A DNA stretch of 63,041 nt, filler included, from Octopus bimaculoides (GCF_001194135.2; 4 parts of 4 records of this genome joined end to end with filler, not necessarily neighbours in it), one strand, 5' to 3'; shown: positions 13,414 through 27,089, counted from the whole stretch's first letter. Made by a program: numbers and translations. Notes: generated from the sequence alone by a model not told the origin.

Positions 13414-14601
13414 GATTGTCTTATTGAATAAATGAAATATTGAATATTAAATATTAAAGGAGTAGTATACTTTCAAGGTCCCATGTTGTGACAGGAATGT
13501 TACAACTGTCATATATACATATTTCCTCTCTTTCTTTTTTCCTCTCGTTGCTCACCATTCTTCTACTTCCTCCCTCTCTTTCTCCCTCTACCACTCTCTC
13601 TCTTCCCTTTACACCGGCATGGTCACATGCTTCCGGTCAATAATCCTTTCCTTCCTTGGCTTTCGCCAAGTAACGCACGCCACCACTTTGTCTCTCTCGG
13701 TTCCGTGCCTCATCGCGTTCATACACACATAATTTTTCTCGTCTGGCCGTAAAGCCTTTTCTGTTTGTTTTCCTGTCTTGTTTTTTGTCCGCCACTACAT
13801 TCCTCCATGGCTAGATTTAATTTGCGTATACNNNNNNNNNNNNNNNNNNNNNNNNNNNNNNNNNNNNNNNNNNNNNNNNNNNNNNNNNNNNNNNNNNNNN
13901 NNNNNNNNNNNNNNNNNNNNNNNNNNNNNNNNNNNNNNNNNNNNNNNNNNNNNNNNNNNNNNNNNNNNNNNNNNNNNNNNNNNNNNNNNNNNNNNNNNNN
14001 NNNNNNNNNNNNNNNNNNNNNNNNNNNNNNNNNNNNNNNNNNNNNNNNNNNNNNNNNNNNNNNNNNNNNNNNNNNNNNNNNNNNNNNNNNNNNNNNNNNN
14101 NNNNNNNNNNNNNNNNNNNNNNNNNNNNNNNNNNNNNNNNNNNNNNNNNNNNNNNNNNNNNNNNNNNNNNNNNNNNNNNNNNNNNNNNNNNNNNNNNNNN
14201 NNNNNNNNNNNNNNNNNNNNNNNNNNNNNNNNNNNNNNNNNNNNNNNNNNNNNNNNNNNNNNNNNNNNNNNNNNNNNNNNNNNNNNNNNNNNNNNNNNNN
14301 NNNNNNNNNNNNNNNNNNNNNNNNNNNNNNNNNNNNNNNNNNNNNNNNNNNNNNNNNNNNNNNNNNNNNNNNNNNNNNNNNNNNNNNNNNNNNNNNNNNN
14401 NNNNNNNNNNNNNNNNNNNNNNNNNNNNNNNNNNNNNNNNNNNNNNNNNNNNNNNNNNNNNNNNNNNNNNNNNNNNNNNNNNNNNNNNNNNNNNNNNNNN
14501 NNNNNNNNNNNNNNNNNNNNNNNNNNNNNNNNNNNNNNNNNNNNNNNNNNNNNNNNNNNNNNNNNNTATATATATATATATGTGTGTGTAAATATACACA
14601 T

Positions 14602-14636
<35 letters not shown>

Positions 14637-15998
14637 CACATATATATATAGAGAGAGAGAGAGAAGGAGAGAGAGGGAGAGGGCCAGCGAGAAAGAGGGA
14701 CAGATAAACAGCTAGCTAGATATGTGTATATGTGTGTCAGTTTTATGTGTGTGTACGGGCATGTGTGGTGTGTGTGTGTGTGTGTGTATGTGTGTGTGTG
14801 GGAGGTTGTGAGTGGGTGGGTGTGAAGAATTGCGGTCATAATTTCCAACCAACAAATATTCAATTGTTCGATCAGCTGAACAAGTAGGAGAATTGAATTA
14901 ACGTATAATTGGTTGGGTATTGCACAGACGTTTTTTAGGTTGGAATCAGCATCACGTACATACCTACCTACCTTCATGTATGTATGTAGGTATGTATTTG
15001 TTGCTTTTTGTTGTCCATAGTAGCCTCAGAGAATGCCTCCTGCTTTTAGTCAGTCACCCCATCGCAAGCAACCAACCAAATTACAGCAAGCTACTTCATT
15101 CCGCAACATTCCCAAACAAGCAGACGACACCCATTTTTGGTCCGTCCTACATGTTCGCGCTCACACACAAATCCATACACATATTTGTATAGTCTCAAGT
15201 ATATAAATATCTATATGACTGCTTATGTCTAAGTATGTTTGCACATATGTATGTATGTATGTATATATGTATTTTAAATTTGTATGAATATATAATGTAT
15301 CAGACGCACACCCTTTTTCTACCCCATTTCATTTAGATACATTCCCATACATACTCAGACACACATGTACAATATTGTATATATGCAGGTATGTGCATGT
15401 GTTTCAATATGCACAAGCACTTTTATTTCTACACCGCACACACACACACACACACACACACACATGCACACGCGCGTACACATGCACACGTGCGTACACA
15501 TGCACACACACACAGACAGGGAGATAGAGAGTGAGAAAGATAGAGGAAAAAGTGGTTAACCAACATATGGATATCAACTGTGTTTCTTAGTTGTAGAACT
15601 CATGCGTATATACACAAGCTACACCTACATCACGCCTACAGACGCACGCACGCGCGCACACACACACAGAGTCACACACACACATACACACAGACACACA
15701 CTCACTCAGTCACACACATAAAGGCAAAGATATATACGAATTAATTGTATTGAAAGTGACTTCGAAGTTTCATCAGAGGTGAAATATACTATGATGGAGA
15801 ATATGAAAAATATTACCTCTTTTATTCAATAAAAGTTACAAATGAAATCTATCTTTATTTCTCTCTCACACACCCTCTGTCTGTCTGTCTGTCTGTCTNN
15901 NNNNNNNNNNNNNNNNNNNNNNNNNNNNNNNNNNNNNNNNNNTTAATTAATTAANNNNNNNNNNNNNNNNNNNNNNNNNNNNNNNNNNNNNNNNNNNN

Positions 15999-16093
<95 letters not shown>

Positions 16094-16730
16094 CACGTAC
16101 TGTTTCTACTTATATCTTCTAATAGATTGATATATCTATAGAAAATGCATCATACTTTTGTATTCATCTGAAGCACAGGTAATGTCATGCAGTTACATGT
16201 ATGCTTCTGTCACCCATAATATAATATACTATAATATATAAATACAAGTAACCATGCTGAAAACTGACTAGAAAATTTCAATAAATGTTTCTAGCCACAT
16301 GGTTTTTCAATCTTTATCTTTGTGATATACACAGTTTAAAATTTCTGCATAGAAATCAAATAATTATGAAAAACATACAACCCTAGTTTAAAATATATTG
16401 GATGATTAATCAAATTTTTCTATGCATACTTTTGTGAGCCATGAAACATGACAAAAACTAATTTTCTCTTTGAATCTTACACTCCTGTGTACACAGTTAC
16501 TTCCATGCTTGACTGAACTGTAAATAATAACACAATACCTATATCAAATCAAACAAAATCTTCTGACAATAACTTTCTATCAACAGACATCCTACAAATA
16601 TACTTTTCTTCTTCCTACATATCTACTTCCCAAACCTACATACAGCAAGCCTAATTATCATTTCACATAGTTCCACCTACCCCAGAAAAACAACTTGCCA
16701 AAGACTGTGTGTATATATATATACATATAC

Positions 16731-16767
<37 letters not shown>

Positions 16768-16994
16768 TATATTAAAGCCAAAAGAACCCAAGTGTAGCAC
16801 AGTTTGACGATGGCTAACAAGCCAACACTTCAAAGTCACTGTTATCTCTCTTGTAAAAGTATGACAAACATTTGCTCAACAAAAAAAGTATTAAGTAATC
16901 CTTCAGTTTAACGTTAAATTGATTTCACATGTAATCTGACATAAACACACATACACGAATGCAGATTAGCATATATTTACATATGCTAATGTAT

Positions 16995-17029
<35 letters not shown>

Positions 17030-17306
17030 TACGTACGCTCACTCACATAGAAATACATATATATATATATATATATATCCAACCAGCCAACCACACACAC
17101 ACGTATATTAATATATATTATAGTAGAAGAATGCACACTTGTGTGTGCATCGCATGTTATTGGCAAAATATTATGTTCAGTGTAAGATTGCAGTTAAAAC
17201 GTATAATCCCAATAATTTGTACATTTAATGCAAAGTGATTGGTGCGTAAATCTGTGTTGTGGATTTATTGTCTAGTAGTACAGACCCATATTTATAACAC
17301 ACACAT

Positions 17307-17337
<31 letters not shown>

Positions 17338-18091
17338 GCACTAACATTGGAAAATTTCCCAAGGGTGCCTGTGACGATCATCTAGTTAGTGCATGCTAGC
17401 AATATTTAAGGTCGTGTGCCATAAATAAGTTAATAAATCAATTGAAATTATAACCGAAATGCGATGAAATATCATTCAGCATTAAAATCAAAATTAATTA
17501 TAACTATGCGCAGGCACACCGAATTATAAATACACACAGAGATAGGCTGAGAGAGAGAGAGAGAGAAAGAGAGGAAGAGAGAGTGAGAGAGAAAGCGTGT
17601 GTGTGTGTGTGAAAAGGACACTGAGCAAAATACAAACTGATGGTGAGTTTGCAATGTAAAAACTGAAAATCCGCAGAGATATATCGGCTGCTACGGTCAG
17701 TCAACATCACAACAAACACCTGTCTGCCTTCGACGTTTACACACCAACACGATTAACCACGTACACACGCATTTCATACACTTAAATCCTAATTTCAGTA
17801 TGATTAACATCAAGGTCTTAAACCCGAAAATAATAAATATTTACAGAGGACATCGATGCTAAAATCAAGGTGGAATTATGATTTATTTATTTATTTACTA
17901 GTGTAGAATAATATTAAAATCGACATAGGCAAAAAAGCGATTGTGTAGGAGTAAGGATAATCGTATGAGGCAGTGTGGGGGAGGGTCTATGTGAAATGTA
18001 TGCTGTTTAATCTTAGATCAAGTCTTTAGATCTTAATGATCAAAGATATTTCAGTCAGGACAGTCTGGTTTTTTCTTTTTACGTGTGTGTG

Positions 18092-18131
<40 letters not shown>

Positions 18132-18988
18132 CGCGCGCGCGCATCTATCCAGGCTTACATTATCCAACGTGTCTTTGCTTTCATCTAAGACGGCAAAGTG
18201 TGAGTGACAGAAGGCAATTTGGCTATTTCTTGTAAGACCAATGATGTATGTATAAATGTGAATTAGAGAGAGAGAGAGAGATGCTGAATAAATAAGGATT
18301 TTAAACTGGCACAAGGCCACAAACGTGTTTAGAAAGGAGAGGTGTGGCCCAATAGGCCCATTGCATCGACTCCGGTAAAGATACCACGAACATTTTTTTT
18401 TTTTCATTGATTAAGAAAGATAAAAGACAGAAAAACCCAACCATGCAACAAAATTTGACAAGTGTTACAAGATACTAAGCTATTTGGTACACACGTTTTA
18501 TTGCTTTCGCTCACTCCAGCGCCGAAGCAGACAACATTAAGTAGAATAAATACAGGATAACAACTATAACACGAAAATTGCAATCATAATGACGTTTAGA
18601 ACATGAATAGTAATGATTATAATAACGGTGATAACAGCAGTAACGAACCTTGTTGAGGTTGTATATATATAAAAGATTTGTTTGGTATGCAAACATAATG
18701 AGCTCAAAACATGCGCTTCACATATTAAGATATGCAACCACAGCTTTTGATAACGATATCAACAATAAATTTTATTGAGAATTAGCCAACGAGGGCGGCT
18801 CCTACTCGATCATTTGATTTGGTCAAAATAGCAGCCAAATCTCCCTGGAATCACTCCTCCATCATCTCAAATGATGTAGGATAGATACATTGAACAGTGT
18901 AGTCATTGATATACAAACAAACGGAATAGTCACGAGTGGAATGTTTTTGATCACTTCTTTTCAATCTGAGTTGACATGAAACTAGCTA

Positions 18989-19019
<31 letters not shown>

Positions 19020-20029
19020 TACGATGAAGAAATGATGGGTTAACCGGTATGAGACACCATCGTGACGGTCAGTCTGAGACACAGAGGCTGTCACAGAACT
19101 AATGACTGCTGCACCCATTCATGTAATTAGGTGCAGCTAATGTTGGTATCTGGGAATAGATGATAGGTGGGTAAGACACAAGAACAGAATGCGATTGCTT
19201 GGACCCATAGACACTTAAACAAATATAAACAGAGCTTCGGTTGACAGGGGTAGATGTTTGCTGCTATGGCAGAGAGCAGAACTAAATGTTTTTACGTTAA
19301 CAGTTCAATCCACATCAAATTCCACTTGGGTTCATCTTTACCTATCATCCTCTAAGGGACGATACAACTAAATACTAATAATACATTAGGATCAACTACA
19401 ACAACTACACTCCTTTTCCTTGAAGTAAATGATATTTTGTGGGTAGGACAATGAAAATTCAGAAATAGATCTTAAAAGAAATACTTACATAGTACAGCGA
19501 CAGCATTAGATTCGAACATTAACAGTTCGTCAGTCCGAGCTCTGTTTTCCAAGAGTACACTGTAAGGTGGATCAGGTTTACGATAAACCCTATAGCCTTT
19601 GCTGAGCGACATTGTGTAATTTCAATATTATATTTATTATTATTATACTTTTCTTTTTAACTTTAAATCTATCAGTGCTGGTTGATGAGATCGAAAGATC
19701 GATGTTAGCAAAAGCAAGAGAAAGAAAATGGAAAATATATATATATATATATATATATAATGTAAATGTGTATATGTTATCAAAGGAAAAAAGAAAGAAA
19801 AAAGGGGGGGAAGCTAAAATCTAAATGAATGAAAAGGATATTAAGCGGTCTGTTTGCGTTGCTGTAGCTGTTATTTGTGAACAGTATTTGTTAGTGTCAA
19901 TTTGAAAATGTACAAATGAAGCGAGGATGCATGGTAGACATGATGGAGCATTACTTCCGTGATTCACTCACACAGGCTGTGCTGGAGAGGGATTTTGTTT
20001 AATATATATATATATTACTTATGAGTATT

Positions 20030-20720
20030 TCGCTTCCTGTCCCCCTCCTTTTTATGGCTCACCCTATCCTCCCACTATCTTCTCAGTCTACTTTATCTTT
20101 TCCTTCTACCATTCCTCTTTTCCTTTATGTATCTTACACTCTCCTTTCATTATCTCGTCTGTTACCTTGCTCTTTCTCTCTCTCTCTCCTTTCATCACCA
20201 CATTTTTCTTTTCCTCTGTTACTTCTTTCTCACGCCTTCCTTTCAATATCTCGTTTTCTTTTCCAGACTCTATCCCTCTATTTCTTTTCTCTTTTACTCA
20301 TTTTCGTTCATCACACATTTGTACCCTTTCTTTTCTTTCATTCTTTAAATTATCTAGCTTCTTTATCTCCCCCCCCCTCTTTATGTCCTTTATACCTTTC
20401 TTTCCCTTCTCTTCCTTCGTTTGCTCCTCTCTCTCTCTATTGGTGCCCTCTCTTTTACTTCTTTTTCTCTTCCACTGTCTTGTCTCTATTTTAATTCGTT
20501 TTCTTTATTTTTTCTTTCTCCGCCTACTACTCTCCTTTTCCTTCTCTTCTTTACTCTCTCTATTTTTCTCCCCCCACTCCCCTTGCTTTTCCTTTATCCC
20601 CTCTTCATCTTTTTTCTCTACTATCTCCCTCTCGCTTTTTCCCTTTTTCTTTATTTCTCTCTCACCTTTTTCTTTATATTTTCCCTTCTTTCACTTTACT
20701 CCTATTTCTCTTTCTACACT
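20030..20720 (+). repeat. ~700-bp polypyrimidine low-complexity tract
   Basis: Strongly C/T-rich on the + strand. Confidence 0.85.
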
Positions 20721-20848
20721 AACGTACAGTCTGACGAGACTACGGCGAGATCTCGCTGCTGCTGCATTAAATTGTGCTTAACTAACGGTGCTGAGGCAAT
20801 TTGTCGTTGTGATGAATATTTGCCGGCCAGTGGTTTATCTTTTATTTA

Positions 20849-21035
20849 CCTTTTACTTGCTTCAATCATTGAACTGCGGCCATACTGGGGCACGAAATTG
20901 AAGGAGGCATTCTTTCGATATAATTGCCATCGTCCCTAGTACTTATTTTTAAAGTTCTAGCGGTTCATTTTGTCGAATAGCTACGTTACGGGGACGTAAA
21001 CAAACCAGCACCGGTTGTCAAGCAGTGGTGAAGAA
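20849..21035 (-). mobile_element. SINE family D copy
   Basis: ttacttgcttcaatcattgaactgcggccat...gttacggggacgtaaacaaaccagcaccggttgtcaagc. Confidence 0.7.
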
Positions 21036-21099
21036 CAAAAAAACGAATGCGTATGTAGATATATATATGCGTATACAACACACACACGCATTTTTTTTT

Positions 21100-22315
21100 G
21101 TCAGATATTAGATTGCGGCCATGCTGAGGTACCGCATTGAAGAATTTTAGTGGAACGAATGGCCCCCGCCCCCCAGTACTTATTTTTTAGAAGTCTGTCT
21201 TCGGGGCTATGCTTGAAAAATGCATTTTTTTGAAAAAAAATTTTCCGGATTCCTACGTTTTAGATGTCGGAGATTACGAATATGCAAAAAAAAAAAAATG
21301 TTTTTTTNNNNNNNNNNNNNNNNNNNNNNNNNNNNNNNNNNNNNNNNNNNNNNNNNNNNNNNNNNNNNNNNNNNNNNNNNNNNNNNNNNNNNNNCCCCCC
21401 CCCCCCCCCAATTTTAAATTTTTGATTTTGTTTACTTTGAAGAGATCGTAGCGAATTGATGAACATGCAAATCGAAATTAAATCCAGACAAAAACATTAA
21501 AGTGAAGAGAATTTGCGTTTTACTTGTGTAAATAAGAATTTAATTTAAATTAAATACACCATTTTATGAGAAACAAAACATTAATGTTTACTAATTAATG
21601 TTATAAAGTTTAATAAGGAGCTCAAATTTCACCTCCTCCCCCAATTTTAAATTTTGAACTTTTTCATCCATTTATTTATCTATTTATTTCTGTCCGTTTA
21701 TTTATAAAATATATTTGTCAACTAAATGTGGCGGTCCTATAGCAGACGATGTTACTGTTGTTTTTAGCTCCAGGAAGACATTCATATCTATCTATCTTTT
21801 TATACACCTATCTATATGCTCATTGAATTTAAAATTTTGAAAACGTTGTTTCTAGCATATTTGGAATCTCCCCCATTTAAAACATAAGGGGAAAAAAATT
21901 TCGATAAAGTTCAAAATTTTAGGGGGGGGAGGTGCTTGGGGGAATTAAAAAAATTTTTGGTAAATTTTCAGATTAACACCCGCACGATTTTCACTAGGGT
22001 GTTAGGGTTAGGGTTTTAGGGTTAGTTTTAGGGTTAGGGACGGAATTCCCTAACCCTAAAACCCTAACCCTAAACCCTAACCTTAATCCTAACAACCTAG
22101 TGAAAATCGTGCGGGTGTTAATCTGAAAATTTACCAAATTTTTTTTTTTTTTTTTCATATTCGTAATCTCCGACATCTAAAACGTAGGAATCCGAAATTT
22201 TTTTTTTCAAAAAATGCATTTTCAAGGAGAGTTGCGAAACTGCATTAGCTCCCTATCTTCCACTGTTGCCGAACTGCTTGGTAACGAGAACGTAAACACA
22301 CTAACATCAGTTGCC
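21100..22315 (-). mobile_element. SINE family D copy split in two (21100-21200 and 22255-22315) by the fold-back element
   Basis: First half (gattgcggccatgctg...ccccagtacttatt) lies left of the insertion. Second half (ttgccgaactgc...acgtaaacacac) lies right of it. Confidence 0.6.
21212..22226. mobile_element. Fold-back/MITE-like element with telomeric-repeat core
   Basis: Outer inverted repeats ~21212-21285 and 22155-22226. Perfect 43-bp inner inverted repeats 21956-21998 and 22096-22138. TTAGGG-like repeats face CCCTAA-like repeats across GAATTC (22043-22048). Confidence 0.8.
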
Positions 22316-22452
22316 AAATCCATTCACTTGGCTTTAGTTGGCCCAGGGCTATTGTAGAAGAGACTTGCCCAAGGTGCCACGCAATAGGGCTGAACTCGGA
22401 ACCATGTGGTTGGGAAGTAAACTTACTACCATACAGCCACGCTTGTGCCTAT
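22308..22452 (-). mobile_element. tRNA-derived SINE, family B (CORE-like GGCACCTTGGGCAAGT)
   Basis: cttgcccaaggtgccacgca...aaccatgtggttgg...acagccac. Confidence 0.82.
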
Positions 22453-22539
22453 ATTATTTCTTTTTTGTTTCTGATGCGTAAAGGTGATTGCTTTGCTTGT
22501 AGCTTGAGTTATTACAGTTGTTGCTTAACCCCACTTATA

Positions 22540-24310
22540 TCCCTGATTGACCAGTCGGTATGTCATCCTCCGTATTGTAAGGGAGAATGCCCCACAGTTC
22601 TACCACTTTGCTTGGCAAACTTATCGGGAGCTCTCCTACCTCTCCCTTGGTGACAATCTCATCCCATCTGCTTCTGGAGTCCAACAGCGTGACCCGTTCG
22701 GACCTGGTCTATTTGCACTGGATATCGATGACGTTACTAAAATGGGAGCTGACCGGGACTTGAATGTCCGGTATCTTGACGATGCTTGTTTGGGAATCCC
22801 TTCCTGGTAAGATCCTTGCAACCGCGGGAACGATGAGTGAGGAACGTGGTCATAGAGGCCTTAGCGTCAACAGTTCCGAATGTGATCTTTGGCTGGCTCC
22901 TCAACCATCCAGCTTCACATCAGCAGATTGTAAACCTGTTTACAGATTCCTTCTCCTCTATCGCGGTTCCTCCCTCATCTGTCTTATGTGTTTAAATGTA
23001 CACTATATATATATATATATATATAATAAAAAGATTGTCGTGTGTCTCCTACTGCAAGAAAACTCAATAGTAAAGTAGGTACTAGTGATATTGTAAGCGA
23101 AGAAATTTCAAGGTTTGTCTTACCGCCTAAATGTTGGTCGTTTTGCTCGTCACACCGAGCTAAATTACTGGCCGAACTTTCGAGCCCATCTTTCGATTCA
23201 AGATAGCTATCTTTGAGCAACTATTAAAAAAACTCGAGGCAATTGAGCCCCATCAAGGTTTTTTTATACTTAGGAATTACTTGTCGATTTTTAAGTTATT
23301 GTATTTCCTCAGAGTTAGTCACTCTTATAGATTCTCATCGCCTCTCCAATGCTTTGACCACCTAATCTTCATGGAATTCGAATGCTTGGTCAATTTTAGA
23401 CTCTCCCCAGAGTCCCGCGACCAGGCTGGTTTGCCCAAACGGTTTTAGGGCCTAGGTTTTAGTAAGTGCTCGTTTCTTCCTTTTCCGTTTTCTTTCCTCC
23501 ATCCATGCCTGCTCCCCTTTGGTAGGCAACATCCCTCCTTTCCAAGCTGGACTAGTTCCAACAAGGAGATGGACGAAGCTGTGCTACAGTGGAGAGAGCT
23601 AGGTTTGTCAATACCTTATACAGATGAGGATAGACAGAAGCAAAGAGCATTGGGCAATCTGCACTCTGGTGCTACGTTCAACGCTCTCTTTGTTCAATTT
23701 TCCGTAAGTGTGAAATTCTCGGCCGACTGGATTGATTCCCTGTCTGTGGCCAATATTGGTGGTCTACCCATTCTGTATGAGGTCTGGATCTCCATTACAA
23801 ACAGAGTAGGAGCTTACGTCTGTAGGCGACTGAGACGTCGCTGCGGTGAGCCCCTCGACTCCGCAAGCTTTCATGGTTTGTCTTACCGCCTAAATGCTGG
23901 TCGTTTCGCTCGTCACACCGAGCTAAATCTAATCATTACGAGGGCCCTGGCTCAGGTTAATACCCACTCAGTTCTGGAGCCGGTAGGATTATTTAGAAGT
24001 GATAGGAAGAGACCAGATGGTCTTACCCTTTGTCTCTGACTCCTTTGCTCCTTCCCACATCCTGGATGCTGCGGTAAATGGGAGAGTCACTAACCTCCGT
24101 AGTCGAACGGAATAAAATCCTTAGGTATTGGAACTTGTCAGTGAACCATTTCTTCCAGTCTGTGGCATTTGAGACATATGGAGGGGCTGGGCCGCTAGTA
24201 GCAAAGTTCTTGTCATCTTTAGCGGCTCGCCTTACTGAGTTGTCAGGTGATGCCCGTGAGGGTGCTTGAATTTTCCAACGCCTTAGCTTTGCCATGGCTA
24301 GCTAAGGCGT
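22540..24310 (+). mobile_element. CRE-clade non-LTR retrotransposon, decayed and rearranged
   Basis: SASGVQQRDPFGPGLFAL..DD...LNVRYLDD, zinc-finger region with RFARHTELN, RSDRKRPDGLTL (restriction-like endonuclease), AFETYGGAG. Confidence 0.88.
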
Positions 24311-24457
24311 GAGCGTGTTGGCTTGCTTTATAAGGTTCCGTGTTGTATAACCAATTGATACACTTAGTGTTGAATCGATATTTTTGTCTTCTTTCTTCCT
24401 TTTCTTCAGGCTTTCATGGTTTGTCTAAATGCTGGTCGTTTCGCTCGTCACACCGAC

Positions 24458-24823
24458 CAAAGGTAAAGGATATATATATGTGCTGCTGAGACCCCCTTCG
24501 GTCATGACTGACCATGGGATTGCACCTAGAAAGTTATCCTCCCAGGCACAAGTCTGGGCAGGATTGTTTACGGAAGACCAGCAGTCGCCCATGCATACCG
24601 CTCTCCCCTCTCCACGCCACCAGTGTTATCCAAGGGAAAGGGAACGGGGCCGATACAGCTTGGCACCTGTGACGTCGCAACTCATTTCTACAGCTGAGTG
24701 GACTGGAGCAACGTGAAATAAAATGTCTTGCTCAAGAACACAACACAGCCCGGTCCGGGATTCGAACTCACAACCTCACGATCGTAAGCTCGACGGTCTA
24801 ACCACTGAGCCATGCGTCTTCAC
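24458..24823 (-). mobile_element. tRNA-derived SINE, family C, full length
   Basis: On the minus strand: A box TGGCTCAGTGG, B box GAGTTCGAATCC, CORE-like GTGTTCTTGAGCAAGACATTTTATTTCACGTTGCTCCAGTCCACTCAGCTG. Confidence 0.85.
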
Positions 24824-24865
24824 GATATGTGTGTGTGTGTGTGTGATCACCTCGTTGGTCCTACG

Positions 24866-25558
24866 CCATAGGGAAAGGTTGGCGGCTTTCCTTATGTCAT
24901 TGTTGATGGTTCTCAATATGTGCTTGTATGCTAGACCGACCTCAGATATGGCTAGATTAATCAGGCGGCATTTAGGGTTTGAGGCAAAGTGCGGTTTATG
25001 ATCTTTGATGGTAATAAAGGCGTTCCTTTTAGCTAAGATCTCTACCCCGTCAGCTATATCTAAGTCATTGGCTAATTGTTTGGCTTCACTGTTGATGTTG
25101 TTGTATTTGTGGGGGGAAGCACGCCTATAATTCTCTCAGTAATATTGTTTTCTAGCAGCCTATCATAATTAAGGGTGTCTATCCTATATAGATTTTTAGT
25201 CTTATTTAAGAAGATTGGGGACCTATCCGAGTTTTTTAGTAGTCTAATGTCGGCATGGAGCTTACGTTGGAAGGTACAAGAAGACTTACGGAATTTTAGC
25301 TAGGGAATGATGCTCAGTAGGTCCGCTTCGAAGGGCTCTTGAGTGGGTATTTCCTAGATTTGATCCCATAGGTGTTGCTCTCCGAGAATGGCGTAGCTAG
25401 GTCGTGGTAGAAGGCTTTCCATCGGATTCGCCTTATTACGTCCATCATTTTTCCAGCAGCATTCGAGTGTACAGCTCATTAGACAGTGTAGGTATGTTCT
25501 TAGTAGAGTAGCCGAGGACAAAACGTTCCATATCTTTGAGAGACCAAGTGGTTTCCAT
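24866..25558 (-). mobile_element. Penelope-like element, N-terminal ORF segment including start codon
   Basis: METT...LGYSTKNIP...IRRIRWKAF...AFITIKDHKPHFASNPKCRLIN...SEVG. Confidence 0.8.
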
Positions 25559-25641
25559 AAATATGTATAAGCGCGGGCTGCTGTCAGCTATTTAACACAA
25601 ACCACATATATGGTTAACTACAAATAATACATAAACTTATG

Positions 25642-25790
25642 ACAGGTTTCTATACAGTTTCCGTCCACCAAATACCACTTCACACAAGACTACGGTTGTA
25701 GATTCTTGTTCAAACTGCTGCAGAGTGGTATTGAATCCACAATCACGTGCTTGCCAAGCGTACGTCCTAACCACACGTCTATGCCACTTT
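25642..25790 (-). mobile_element. SINE family B, strongly diverged
   Basis: cagtttccgtccaccaaat...aaccacac. Confidence 0.5.
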
Positions 25791-26479
25791 TAACATGTAA
25801 TCAATAACAGCTGATCTCCCATTAATGAATACCTAATACGGTATAAAAACGAGAGTAGTAAGGTAGCATCTCTCTTTCTCTCGGACAGATAGAGAATTAA
25901 ATACAAGAACAAAATTGGGGCACAAAATAGGAAAGAGAAACTATCAGAGATAGCAACCAAATTTACGGAACGGGAAGCGTTAATATTTGCATTGATTTTG
26001 ATTGAATAAAGAAATCTGATGAGACGATTATGATGGTGACAAGGCATTGCTAGAGGTACTGCTGATACCATTACAAGATAATGATAGTTATAATATTAGT
26101 GTGTGTGTGAACAGAGGGGAGAATTACAGATCAAAGAGGCTGTTTTTACGATATAATTTGGGTAGTAATGATGGTATCATGTGTTACTGCTCGTCATATG
26201 AGAAAAAATCTCATTAGCTTAACTTAACAGAAACCAGATTTAAGCATTAATATGCACCCTGATATTCAGAATGGATAAGTATGCTAATCAAGAAGGATTT
26301 AATATATTAATCAGACACACACTCACACAAAAAAAAGAAAAAAAAAAAAGGCGAGTATATGTTAAATCAGTAGAATAAATCGATAAAGTAATCACATAAT
26401 TATCTCCCTTGCACTCTCGGATTGTGTGTTGCGCAAGGGAAAATGTCGAGTTTTATATTAATAGTTATAATAATTTCTT

Positions 26480-26686
26480 CCTTCTTCTATAGTACAAGGC
26501 CTGAAATCTTGTGTGGAGTAGGATAATCGATTACATCGACTCTAGTGCTCAGCTGATACTTATTTGATCAACTCTGAAAGGATGAAAGGCAACGTCGATC
26601 TCTGTGACATTTGAATTTACAATATAAACCTGGAAGAAATGCTTCTAAGCATTTTATCCGACGCGGTAACGATTCTGCCAGCTCTC
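26480..26686 (-). mobile_element. SINE family A
   Basis: acaaggcctgaaat...cgattacatcgac...gaaaggatgaaaggc...acgattctgccagc. Confidence 0.8.
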
Positions 26687-27089
26687 ACTTTTTAAATAGT
26701 TATTAAATAATGCTTTCTACATTAACTACAAAGGTTGACAGAAACATCGAGAACGTTACAGAGCGATATAGTGTGGGGTTACATAAAAACTGTCTTAAAA
26801 AAATGGAAATAAAAAAATAAAAGATAAATTCCCCCATAGAAGGTTGTCCTTCGATAGCTATTCATGGAAATCCACAAAACAATGTCCTCACCCAGTGTGT
26901 CATGCTGATTCTGATATCACACTTTTTCTTTACTTTTTTTTTTTTTTTCAACTTCGCTCTTTTAATTGCATTCACAGTGTTTACCGTTTTACAAAATCAA
27001 ACTAGAAAACTGGACAAAACAGAGAACACAATTGAAAATTTTTTTTAAAAAAACGAGAAGAAGAGAAAAAAGAAAAAAAAAATTCACCA

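Noticed and set aside
15943-15954. ttaattaattaa islands inside N runs (also 31125-31136 and 44371-44382)
   Set aside because: An identical 12-mer with stops in all frames, embedded in Ns three times, is an assembly spacer rather than biology.
20021-20939. Leu/Phe/Ser-rich 'membrane protein' ORFs and an exon MSDETTARSRCCC joined to ATG 17640
   Set aside because: Products of the CT tract. The CTAAC is only ~6 nt from the AG, and no good donor or homology was found.
24750-24823. tRNA gene
   Set aside because: The tRNA-like A/B boxes are the head of a SINE and continue into SINE body. No true tRNA, rRNA or CRISPR array was seen in the window.
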